The position numbers and the translations under genes were made by a program. A DNA stretch of 64,000 nt from a virus. Each line of letters begins with the position of its first letter. Position 1 is the stretch's first letter. The notes below the pieces were generated by a model, which worked only from the letters and a program-made list of their open reading frames with translations, was not told the origin of the DNA and ran no database searches. The DNA lies in the IMG/VR virus record IMGVR_UViG_3300042731_001312, positions 1-64,000 of that record; one strand, written 5' to 3'. Positions 18,128 to 27,479 of the stretch are shown piece after piece.

Positions 18128-19411
18128 ATGTCAGAGAAAAAAAGACGCAGAATTAACACTGCAGCCGAAGAGGCAACTACGATCGAACTGGTAGAAACTA
18201 TCCAGACCCCAGCACAAAATCTTACTGAAGAAAAAGTAGAGTATACAAACCCTGATGCTCAATTTTACAACGAGGACGGTGAATTCCTATGGGATGCATA
18301 CGAAGCCACATGTCCATCTCACACTAGAAACCCTAACCCACATATCAAAACACAAAACGGGGATAAGGTTTATTCTAGAGAAGCCTATGCTCAAGAATTT
18401 TACGATATTCTAACTGAATATAGCCCGGAGATTAAACCAGAATTATTTATTGGAGAAATTCATACAGGTTCAGTTTGGGCAGTTAACCAAGAATGGATTA
18501 CTGTAGATATTGGCTATAGAGAACTGGTTTACGTTAAGGCAAATAAAGAGCCTGAAGAAGTAAGGCAACTTTTACCAGGAGACGAAACCGCTGTTTTAAT
18601 CACAGAAACTAAAGGTACTTTAACAGGATCTATTTCCGGCGGCGTGAAACAGAAAACATTCATGGATCTACGTTCTGGTATAGAGGAAGGTAATACAGCA
18701 TGGATTGGTACTGTTAAAAGTATGATTGAGAACGGTGGGTATATTGTTAGAGTACAAGGTATCGATTGCTTTATGCCAGGTTCATTAGCGGGTATCAATA
18801 AGCTGGCTAATTTTGAATCTATTATTGGCGAAGAAATCTACGTGGTACCGGTAAGCTTCTCAGAAGATAGAGGTACGATCGTAGTATCACATAGAAAATA
18901 TTTACAAGCATTAATACCTAATGCAATTGAAGAACTAAAAGCTAATATTGGCACAGAGAAAACCGGTAAAGTAACTGGTAGTGCTAAATACGGAGTCTTT
19001 GTAGAATTTGATAGATGTCTAACTGGTATGATTCACTCTAATGAATTAAACGAAGAGACTATGGCTAGGTTTAAATCTAGAGATATTAAACCAGGCGAAG
19101 ATATTACATTCTTTGTAAAAGATATTATCAGTAATACTAAAATTACACTAACTCAAAAGGTTGGTACTACTGTTAATCCATGGCTTGATATTAGTTCAAG
19201 ATACCAAATACCATCTGTAGTACAGGCTAAAATTAAAACCAAAAAAGAGTATGGTGTTTTTGTAAACATCGAAGAAGGTGTAACTGGTTTATTACATATT
19301 AGCGAAGTACCTGATGAAATTATGGAGACTTATTCGACCGGTGACGATATTGATGTACAGATCACCAGAATCGATGAGTCTGCCATGAAGGTATTTCTTA
19401 AATTACCTTAA
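18128..19411 (+). CDS. rpsA: Phage-encoded ribosomal protein S1 homolog (about four S1/OB repeats)
   Basis: VDIGY, GGYIV.V.GI.CFMPGS, IVVSHR, GKV.....YGVFVE....GMIH..E, YGVFVNIEEGVTGLLHISE. Confidence 0.88.
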   Translation: MSEKKRRRINTAAEEATTIELVETIQTPAQNLTEEKVEYTNPDAQFYNEDGEFLWDAYEATCPSHTRNPNPHIKTQNGDKVYSREAYAQEFYDILTEYSPEIKPELFIGEIHTGSVWAVNQEWITVDIGYRELVYVKANKEPEEVRQLLPGDETAVLITETKGTLTGSISGGVKQKTFMDLRSGIEEGNTAWIGTVKSMIENGGYIVRVQGIDCFMPGSLAGINKLANFESIIGEEIYVVPVSFSEDRGTIVVSHRKYLQALIPNAIEELKANIGTEKTGKVTGSAKYGVFVEFDRCLTGMIHSNELNEETMARFKSRDIKPGEDITFFVKDIISNTKITLTQKVGTTVNPWLDISSRYQIPSVVQAKIKTKKEYGVFVNIEEGVTGLLHISEVPDEIMETYSTGDDIDVQITRIDESAMKVFLKLP

Positions 19412-19467
19412 TAACTATTGCCACAGAGTTTGATATATATTGAAAAGTAATATCATACTCTTAATTG

Positions 19468-20778
19468 ATGCAAAAGTTAAATAACAGCTCTGGTAGAGAT
19501 CAAGTTTTAAACGCGAGCCAAATCGGGGTCGAGTTTGAATTTTATTCTAATCTAAGTTTAGAGGAGACTCAAAAGTCTCTCTCTAAACTTTTAGATAGAA
19601 AGATTCAGCTAGAAGACAAAGCACATTCTGATTTTCAGCCTAGCGCAGAAGTTTTTAAAATGGAACCAGACATGTCTGGTGGTAAGGGGCTGATTGAATT
19701 AGTGACTGGGGCACTGCCTTATAGGAATGCCAGATTAATGATTATGAAAATGTTAGGGTGGATCCGTGAAAATGGTTACACTTCTGATAGAGCTTCTATC
19801 CACCTAAACATGTCTTTTAATCCTGATTACTTAGAGAATAAAGATATGATTCAGCACATGAATGTGTTGAAATTTATCCTAGAATTCGACGAGGCTAGAG
19901 TTTACAAATATTTTCCTAATAGAGAGAATTCAACTTATGCTAAATCTATTAAATGGATTATGCCTAAGCATGAAGCATTCTACTATAATGAGAATATGAT
20001 TAATAAAGATAATTTTACTTTTGCTAATACTAAATATTACGGTATTAATTTTGAAAAGGCGCAAAAGAATTATCTAGAGTTTAGATATTTAGGTGGTAAA
20101 GATTATGAAAAAAGACAAGATGATATTTTACATCTTGCAGATGGTTTCATCATGGCTATTTGGAGATCTTGCCACAATCCTAGATTTACTTCAGAAAATA
20201 AAATTGAACTACAGAGGATCTTAAGAAAAAATGAACCTCTATCTGAAATGCTAAAAGATTACAGGGCTGTAAATAAACACTGGCCTAAGATAAATATACT
20301 TGTAGATTTACAAGATAGTCCTACTGTAATTAATGTGCAATGGGATAGATTTAAACGCAAAGTCTTAGACTTATTATCTAACGGTTCGATGGAAGAGGGG
20401 ATTATTAATTATGATTCCGACTATTCCGTGGTACAGGTCAAGGATGGTAAATTTAAGACCGCGTATATTTTAGATGGCTTTGAATTTGTAGACTGTGAGT
20501 TATCAGGTAATATTGAAAACTCTGCAATCTATGGTGGTAAAGTTTCAGGGGCACAATTATTAAGATGTCAACTGTATAAAGGATGTGAGGTTATGGATTC
20601 AAAGGTAGAATCTTCTTTTATACACGGCAGCTGTGAACTAAAAAATTGTTATGTCTTTGGGAGAGATACTATTTTCAAGGGCAAAATGATAGGTGGTATT
20701 TTTAGAGAAGGTGGAGTTGGACCTCATGCTAGATTTGAAGATACTGAAGTGGTAGTAAGCACAAAAATAAAATCATAA
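19468..20778 (+). CDS. Putative amidoligase (COOH-NH2 ligase type 2) with a C-terminal beta-helix-like region
   Basis: IGVEFEF, MEPDMS, ELVTG, TSDRASIHLNMS, KYYGIN, YLEFRYLGG. Confidence 0.75.
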   Translation: MQKLNNSSGRDQVLNASQIGVEFEFYSNLSLEETQKSLSKLLDRKIQLEDKAHSDFQPSAEVFKMEPDMSGGKGLIELVTGALPYRNARLMIMKMLGWIRENGYTSDRASIHLNMSFNPDYLENKDMIQHMNVLKFILEFDEARVYKYFPNRENSTYAKSIKWIMPKHEAFYYNENMINKDNFTFANTKYYGINFEKAQKNYLEFRYLGGKDYEKRQDDILHLADGFIMAIWRSCHNPRFTSENKIELQRILRKNEPLSEMLKDYRAVNKHWPKINILVDLQDSPTVINVQWDRFKRKVLDLLSNGSMEEGIINYDSDYSVVQVKDGKFKTAYILDGFEFVDCELSGNIENSAIYGGKVSGAQLLRCQLYKGCEVMDSKVESSFIHGSCELKNCYVFGRDTIFKGKMIGGIFREGGVGPHARFEDTEVVVSTKIKS

Positions 20779-20779
20779 A

Positions 20780-21622
20780 ATGAGCGAAATTAGATCAGGT
20801 AACGAAGACCAATTAGGCACGGAAAGAAACTTTGGTGACAGTTGTTTTAACGCATTTTTACAGGAACTGGGAGATGACTTAACCGGCGCGTGTATGGTGC
20901 CAGTTAACCTACCTCAAAGAGAAATTATTAATATCGTAAAAAGAGCTAGAAAATGGTTCTATAAAAATTACGAAGACGCAGTAAGAGAAAACTACTATCA
21001 TGTGCCTGCTAGTGTTTTTTCTTCACAATACTTTAAACAACATAGATCTTTAAATCTTCCAGGCGCTAATAGTGACGGCTCTGGTTCAGTATTCTCTGTT
21101 TTTGGAGTGCATGATTTAGGTTCAGGTTGGAATAATGTCGGCGGAAGCTTTGATGTAAGATTTGAAAGTGGCGGTGACTTTGCTATTGAGAAGATGTTAT
21201 TTAGAGGTATGTACGAAGGATCTGGCGCTGCTGAGTCTGCGTCTGAATTAGAGTATTACGTACTTAATCAGTCTTTAGCTGATATGTCTAGAATGATTTT
21301 AGAAAATCCTATTTCATACCAATACTCTAGATTAACTGGAGAACTAAAGATTTTAGGAGATACTCCTAAACAAGATGTAATTCTACACGTTTACGAAACT
21401 CTACCTGACTGTGCATTATACGACGATGAGATTTTCTTTAGATATTGTTCTGCTAAGATTAAGCAGTCCCTAGGTGCTAAATTAGGCATCTTTAAATTTG
21501 CATTACCTGGTAATGTTGAATTTGACTACGACGCAATAAAAGACATGGGAGACACCGAGTTAGAGTCTATTATTGAGGAGATAAAAGGAGATGAGGGTGT
21601 GGACTGGATGTTCCACTCTTAA
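20780..21622 (+). CDS. Neck protein, gp13-like
   Basis: FFRYCSAKIKQSLG..LG.F.FALPGNVEFDY...KDMGD.ELE.I. Confidence 0.7.
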   Translation: MSEIRSGNEDQLGTERNFGDSCFNAFLQELGDDLTGACMVPVNLPQREIINIVKRARKWFYKNYEDAVRENYYHVPASVFSSQYFKQHRSLNLPGANSDGSGSVFSVFGVHDLGSGWNNVGGSFDVRFESGGDFAIEKMLFRGMYEGSGAAESASELEYYVLNQSLADMSRMILENPISYQYSRLTGELKILGDTPKQDVILHVYETLPDCALYDDEIFFRYCSAKIKQSLGAKLGIFKFALPGNVEFDYDAIKDMGDTELESIIEEIKGDEGVDWMFHS

Positions 21623-21641
21623 AAGGCGAATACATATATAG

Positions 21642-21998
21642 ATGGATTTTTACATTAAATATATTGGTGACCCTAACTACCAGGCTAATGTGATACAGAA
21701 TGTTGACGAAATTCAGCAGCTGTTAACACAGATCGAGACTGTGCTTTTCACTAGGAAAAGAGATGTTTTGGGTAATCCTGATTTTGGCTGTAATCTAGAG
21801 GATCTAGTCTATAGTTTAAACCAAAACGAGTGGCAGATTAGAAATGAGATTGAAAATCAATTATCTAATTATGTACCGCTAGCACAAAAATATAGCACTG
21901 ATGTGGATGTATCATTCTATAAAGGTGAAGTTAGAGATATTTGTTATGTTGATATTACGGTTAATAACGAGTATCAAATACAGGTAAATTTAAGATAA
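21642..21998 (+). CDS. Baseplate wedge subunit, gp25-like
   Basis: LFTRKRDVLGNPDFGCNLEDLVY...I..QL..YVP. Confidence 0.85.
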   Translation: MDFYIKYIGDPNYQANVIQNVDEIQQLLTQIETVLFTRKRDVLGNPDFGCNLEDLVYSLNQNEWQIRNEIENQLSNYVPLAQKYSTDVDVSFYKGEVRDICYVDITVNNEYQIQVNLR

Positions 21999-22005
21999 AT
22001 AACTA

Positions 22006-23835
22006 ATGGCGGAACTAAAATTTTTAAGTACACTAAGAACGCAATCCAACCAAATAAAGTCGGATGCGCGTACATATATCTCTAGAGTATACAAGAGAGC
22101 TAATACTCTGTTTACTGATGCGTCGCCTTTTGCTCAGATTGTTAATGTAATGGCAGAGCTGGGTGAATTAATTATGTTCTACATAGAGGATTCTTTAGTA
22201 GAGCAAAATATCTATACAGCACAACAACCAGAATCTATTTATGGTTTATCAAGACTAACTGGTCATGATGCAACTAGGGGTTTTGCAGCAACTGGTGAAA
22301 TTGAATTTAGATGGAAGGTTGGTGCTGATCTTGGTAAAATTGCAGGTACAGGTCTAAATATTGATTCTAGAGCAGAATTAGTGTGCATGTTAAACGGCCT
22401 ACCATATACTTTACTAACTTCGCAAGAGAAATTTAGATTAGAAAAGTCTAATAAGTTTAGAACTAAAGTGGCAATCGTACAGGGTAAATTTGAACAACAA
22501 GTCTTTACTGGTACTGGTGAGCCAATGCAGTCATATAACGTAAAAGTTAACTCTTTAACCGATCACTCTAAAGTTAATGTGTCGGTTAACGGTGAGAAGT
22601 GGACTAAGCATGAGTCTGTGTATGATATGTTAAGCGATGAAAAAGCATACATCTTAAAGACTGGTGTTGGAGGTGGATTAGATATTTATTTTGGAACAGG
22701 TAACTTTGGTGCAATACCGCCTTCTGGATCGGATATTCAAGTAGAATATATTAAACACAAAGGCTCTTTAGGTAATCTAGGAGACGCTCAAGATCTACAG
22801 TTTCAATGGGATGCAGAGGGTACCGACTCTAACGGAAACGGCTTTGATCTAAACGAATACTTAGAGCTTAATGTCACATCTGCTCCTAAAATGGGCGCTG
22901 ACGCAGAGTCTGTTGATTTTACTAAATTAATGGCTCCTCTCGCTTCCAAATCCTACGTCTTAGCAACTCCGGACAATTACGAGTATTTCTTATCAAGATA
23001 CGGAATGTTCTCGTATGTGGATGCTTACAATACAACGTCTGATGAATACTTAGATGATGACAATGTTATCTATATCTTTGCTATTCCAGATGTAAAAAGA
23101 AAATTAATAGCTGGGCAAGACTATTTCTCAATTCCAGAAAATGAGATGTTCTTTGACCAGAATGAATATGACAAAATGTCGCAAGTTATTCAGGATAGCG
23201 GCCAACAGATGGTAACTACTGAAGTGGTGTTTGTTAAACCTCAGATTAGAAAATACAGCATGGATATTAACATCAGATATTTTGAGGGTTATACAAAACA
23301 GGAGATCTTCAACGAGGTAAGAGCTAGAGTGAGTGACTACTTATTAAATATTACAAGAAGAGACAAATTGCCTAAGTCTGATATTGTATACATTTTAGAA
23401 GAGATTGACGGTATTGACGCAGTAAATGTGAGATTTATTTCAGAAACAGAGGAGACAGCTAGACGCTTGGGTTACTATGAGTCTAAGACTGTATCTGTAG
23501 TCCCACAAGAACCTGTAGTTCTAGAAGATATTGGTAACGGCAAACAAAAATATATTTTCTTTAAGCGCGTGGAAGAGGTTAAGACCGTACAAGTCGATGA
23601 GACTACTGCCATTCCACCAACAGTCGCAGGTTTAGATCAATGGGGTGACATTATCATGGAACACGAAGAGGTAGCAGTCTTTAGAGGCGGCTGGCAAGAT
23701 CGTGAAGGTGATGAAATTATTGATGACGCTCGTATCAATGCCGAGGCAGCGCTTAGTGTGAATTTTGATGAAACGCCTATACCTAGAACAATATACACTA
23801 GAGTACAGGCTGGAAATAGAAAAGCCTTGAAATAA
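22006..23835 (+). CDS. Baseplate wedge subunit, gp6-like (baseplate J family)
   Basis: EQNIYTAQQ..SIY.L..L.G, IYFG.GNFG.IP, GAD.ES...K..AP......LATPDNYE. Confidence 0.85.
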   Translation: MAELKFLSTLRTQSNQIKSDARTYISRVYKRANTLFTDASPFAQIVNVMAELGELIMFYIEDSLVEQNIYTAQQPESIYGLSRLTGHDATRGFAATGEIEFRWKVGADLGKIAGTGLNIDSRAELVCMLNGLPYTLLTSQEKFRLEKSNKFRTKVAIVQGKFEQQVFTGTGEPMQSYNVKVNSLTDHSKVNVSVNGEKWTKHESVYDMLSDEKAYILKTGVGGGLDIYFGTGNFGAIPPSGSDIQVEYIKHKGSLGNLGDAQDLQFQWDAEGTDSNGNGFDLNEYLELNVTSAPKMGADAESVDFTKLMAPLASKSYVLATPDNYEYFLSRYGMFSYVDAYNTTSDEYLDDDNVIYIFAIPDVKRKLIAGQDYFSIPENEMFFDQNEYDKMSQVIQDSGQQMVTTEVVFVKPQIRKYSMDINIRYFEGYTKQEIFNEVRARVSDYLLNITRRDKLPKSDIVYILEEIDGIDAVNVRFISETEETARRLGYYESKTVSVVPQEPVVLEDIGNGKQKYIFFKRVEEVKTVQVDETTAIPPTVAGLDQWGDIIMEHEEVAVFRGGWQDREGDEIIDDARINAEAALSVNFDETPIPRTIYTRVQAGNRKALK

Positions 23836-24104
23836 TGTTATTTAAAGATCTATTAGTATACAGAAGAAAGAGGCTATATAATGTAGCTAAACACAGAAAA
23901 GATCAGAACTTAAACGTCAAATATGACTATAAGAAGAATGGTCTTTTACAAAATCAGCTATCACAACACATTCAAAGAAATCAGACTATGAGAGAATTCC
24001 TCATGCTGGTAAACGATTATATTGTGTCTCTTTTAGATCAGGTCAGATATTTAAAGAACTACAAGAACTTTACGGTAGAAAAAGACGACGAGAGAACTAG
24101 GTAA
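23835..24104 (+). CDS. Hypothetical baseplate-associated protein
   Basis: TAATG coupling with the gp6-like gene. Confidence 0.7.
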   Translation: MLFKDLLVYRRKRLYNVAKHRKDQNLNVKYDYKKNGLLQNQLSQHIQRNQTMREFLMLVNDYIVSLLDQVRYLKNYKNFTVEKDDERTR

Positions 24105-24105
24105 T

Positions 24106-26877
24106 ATGTGGAATAATTTAAGATTCTTTAATGGTACAATTACTGAGCTTCAGTTAACTCAGGATGCCGATGGCGTCTGGGAGGGTACCGTTTATATGCC
24201 TGAAGTTTCTGTCGGTCTATATGAGACTGTCAACCTGTTCATCTTAGAGGAGTGTACGTTGGGAGGCGATCCGGTAATTAATAAACCGATCTCACCGGAC
24301 GGCAACATTACTAAGTTTAAGTTTGAATGGGAGCCGCTGCGCAGAGACCAGTCTGATAATGTAATTATGTATGGTATGCGCATGGACGGCGGCAAAGCAT
24401 ACGTACATGAGCTAAAGACACAGGAGTTAGACCTAGCTGCATTTACAACTATTGATACACAAGACTCTGAGTATTTTAAAGAAATTAATACTCATGAGAA
24501 CGTGGCATTGCAGGTCAATATTGCAATTGAATCTGAAGATGCTGGGATTCATAAAAGAGTCTTGAGAGTTTCTGCTGACGGACAAACTATAGCTAGAATA
24601 GAGTTCTACGGTGAAGTTGAAGCAGAAGACGAAAGATTAAGAGTCTTACTTGCAAACTTAGGTGCATCTTTAGAAGAAGCAGACTTTATGATATTTAAGG
24701 AGCATGATATTTCTGAAATGCATCCGGATTACCAGCTTCTAAATAGAAAGAGAAAGGAATTATTATTAGAATTAAATAATATCAAGCCATTCATCGGTAC
24801 ATATAAGGCGATCCTAAATGCTATCGATTTCTTTGGTTATGATAAGATTACACTAAAAGAATATTGGATTAATATAGATAAATCTTCCAAAACTTTTGGT
24901 AAATTACATGCTATTCCAGTACCTAATTCTTCAGTTAGGGGTGAGATGACTAGAAAGCGCCTGAAATTCAAGGTGCCTTCTGCAACACAAAAGAAGACTA
25001 GTAGATTTTCATTGGTCTATAGATTAAATGAACCAGATGGTACTTTTGACCAGTGGGATTTTGAGAATGTAGTAGAAACGTTTGATTATACTCCGGAAGA
25101 AGTTTTAATTAAATTGTATGGTTTAAAGAATAGACTACAAAGAGATTTCTTACCTCTCGAGGCTAAGATTGTAGATATTACAGGTGAGGGTGATTATTTC
25201 TCTCAAAAGAACTTAAATATCTGGAAGATTCAAAATCCAATTGGTTTCTTCTCTGAAGGACATAGAGTTAAATTTGATGTTTGGCCTAAAGATAGAGATC
25301 TGTTTATTGAAGATACTTCAATGGTATTAAAATCTGAATTAGACCAAGATGATTCTACTAATAATTATACAACATTTTTAAATCTGAATGTCGGGCACGA
25401 GGCTGATTTATCAGAGGCCCAAAGAACTGAATTAAAATCAATCTATGAAACTTTCTATGAAACTTATCATGATAGGGAGATGGATTCATGGAATGCTAAT
25501 TTTGACCAGACTAATGTTCCAATCGGATGTCCAGTTATTTTAGATTCAACAGAGTCTTGGGATGATATTTGGGACGAAGCGCAGTTTGTATGGGATGATG
25601 CTGTTGATGCGAACGCAAACTTAAAAGTAACTTGGGACAACTGGTGGAAACGCTGGGTCTATGAAATTGAATGGATTATTGATGGCCCAAGAGATTGGCA
25701 CCAAGAGTACAGAGGTCCTATCGACGATTACAAAAGATTGCCGCTTAACCTACCTTATGTTGGAGCATACACTATCGAGATGAGACTATACGACCTATTT
25801 GGCCACATGTCTTACTATAAGAAAAAAGATCTATTTGACGTTAAGTTAAAAGAGATTGAGCTGTATGGTGTTTACAAATGGTTAGAGGTAGATAAGAAGG
25901 CTAATATTGCAACTTGGGATTCTAAATTCTTAGACTGGGACATGTCTGGTGGTTACTGGGAGTTTCCACAAGATAATACACAGTCTGTAGAAGATAGCAT
26001 TGCAACATTTTACCAAACATTGGATAGAGCAAACTACCTACACGATGAAGACCAAGGCGTTAGATTCTCAATGGTACGTAGATTTGTAGATCCGTTCTCA
26101 GACACTGGTTACTCTGAGACCACTGGGCCATATCAATGGGACGAATGTTCTTTTGGTTGGAAAGACACTGTTCATAACTGGTGGGATAATATGAGGGTTG
26201 GTCCGGATTTAACGGCATCTTTTAAGATTAACTGGATTGAGCAGGGCGATGTACTTAAAATTACACATAGGAACCCATCGACAAATGAGTTAATCGTTGG
26301 TGAACATGAGATTCAGTCAGCAACTCCAAGCTCAGCATCAGATATTACTGGATGGGAAACCATTGTCGCAGAACTTGAGGCTTCAACAGATCCTATCATT
26401 GCTAAGTTTAACTATAATCCTATCTTTAAAGACCAGGACGCAGACGGTGATATTGATACATTTGATATATTGTACTTTATTCTATGTGTAGGACAAGAAT
26501 ATTCTAAGTCTTATGACTTTGAAACTGTAGAAATTATTAAGGCAAATCCTAACTCAGTTTCTGAAGTTGACGGCGAGGTGCATTCAGTTGCATATAACCC
26601 TAGTTGGGATAATTTAAAAGTATTTAAAAACTGGGCAGAAGTTGAAAGATCTACCCATGTTACTATATCTACCGACATTTCTAAATTTCCGGGTGCAAGA
26701 AACCCAAAATGGACGATTACTAATATAAGTAACCCAAATGTGAATGATATATACTATAATAATATGTGGCTTACGTACATTTTCCAAGAGCCGGGTAACT
26801 ACTCGATTGAATTGGAAGCGGAAGACACGTATGGAAATAAGAACGTTGTAAAACGCAACATGTTAAAAGTAAAATAA
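24106..26877 (+). CDS. Large baseplate protein (gp7-like position) with PKD-like segments
   Basis: IGTYKAILNAIDFFGY; LTYIFQEPGNYSIELEAED.YGN. Confidence 0.55.
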   Translation: MWNNLRFFNGTITELQLTQDADGVWEGTVYMPEVSVGLYETVNLFILEECTLGGDPVINKPISPDGNITKFKFEWEPLRRDQSDNVIMYGMRMDGGKAYVHELKTQELDLAAFTTIDTQDSEYFKEINTHENVALQVNIAIESEDAGIHKRVLRVSADGQTIARIEFYGEVEAEDERLRVLLANLGASLEEADFMIFKEHDISEMHPDYQLLNRKRKELLLELNNIKPFIGTYKAILNAIDFFGYDKITLKEYWINIDKSSKTFGKLHAIPVPNSSVRGEMTRKRLKFKVPSATQKKTSRFSLVYRLNEPDGTFDQWDFENVVETFDYTPEEVLIKLYGLKNRLQRDFLPLEAKIVDITGEGDYFSQKNLNIWKIQNPIGFFSEGHRVKFDVWPKDRDLFIEDTSMVLKSELDQDDSTNNYTTFLNLNVGHEADLSEAQRTELKSIYETFYETYHDREMDSWNANFDQTNVPIGCPVILDSTESWDDIWDEAQFVWDDAVDANANLKVTWDNWWKRWVYEIEWIIDGPRDWHQEYRGPIDDYKRLPLNLPYVGAYTIEMRLYDLFGHMSYYKKKDLFDVKLKEIELYGVYKWLEVDKKANIATWDSKFLDWDMSGGYWEFPQDNTQSVEDSIATFYQTLDRANYLHDEDQGVRFSMVRRFVDPFSDTGYSETTGPYQWDECSFGWKDTVHNWWDNMRVGPDLTASFKINWIEQGDVLKITHRNPSTNELIVGEHEIQSATPSSASDITGWETIVAELEASTDPIIAKFNYNPIFKDQDADGDIDTFDILYFILCVGQEYSKSYDFETVEIIKANPNSVSEVDGEVHSVAYNPSWDNLKVFKNWAEVERSTHVTISTDISKFPGARNPKWTITNISNPNVNDIYYNNMWLTYIFQEPGNYSIELEAEDTYGNKNVVKRNMLKVK

Positions 26878-26884
26878 ACGAAAA

Positions 26885-27457
26885 ATGGCAAACATTACTG
26901 AAATTTTAGGTACAGATTCGGTATCATCTTCTAGACCAGTTATTAACAGTAACTTTGAGTTATTAAACGACGAGCTTGCATCGGTAACTGCCTTATTAAA
27001 CCCAACTACTGCAGTTTTAAGTGGTTTAACAAGTGCAACAGCTGAGCAAATTCAAGTTGTAGACGGTACTACATTATTAGTTGTAAACACATCTGGTATG
27101 CAAGTAGGTACTGCAGCTAGCTTTACAGGCTCAGTCGCTTTAGGTGGCTCAATTGTAAAGTCTGGTGTAGCGGGTAGCCCTGCACAAGCGACTACTAATT
27201 TAGCTCCATCAACTTTAGATAAAGGTACTTACTTTATCGACGGCACTTTCTCAATTCCAGTTGGGGTTGACGGCCAAGAAGTTACTTTAATCAATATGTC
27301 TGTTAATGCCGCTGCAGTTAATTCTGGTGCTGGTGCTCCTAACTTAGGTTGGACATCATTAGAATTAAGTGGATTAAATTCAACAGTGACATTGAGATGT
27401 TTTGGATCTAAATGGTTTGTAATTAGCTCAGCTGGCGCTGCAATTACATTATCATAA
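26885..27457 (+). CDS. Short virion fibre/structural protein
   Basis: DSVSSSRPVINSNFELL N-terminus typical of phage fibre anchors. Confidence 0.55.
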   Translation: MANITEILGTDSVSSSRPVINSNFELLNDELASVTALLNPTTAVLSGLTSATAEQIQVVDGTTLLVVNTSGMQVGTAASFTGSVALGGSIVKSGVAGSPAQATTNLAPSTLDKGTYFIDGTFSIPVGVDGQEVTLINMSVNAAAVNSGAGAPNLGWTSLELSGLNSTVTLRCFGSKWFVISSAGAAITLS

Positions 27458-27479
27458 AAAATTAAACCAAACACTGTAG

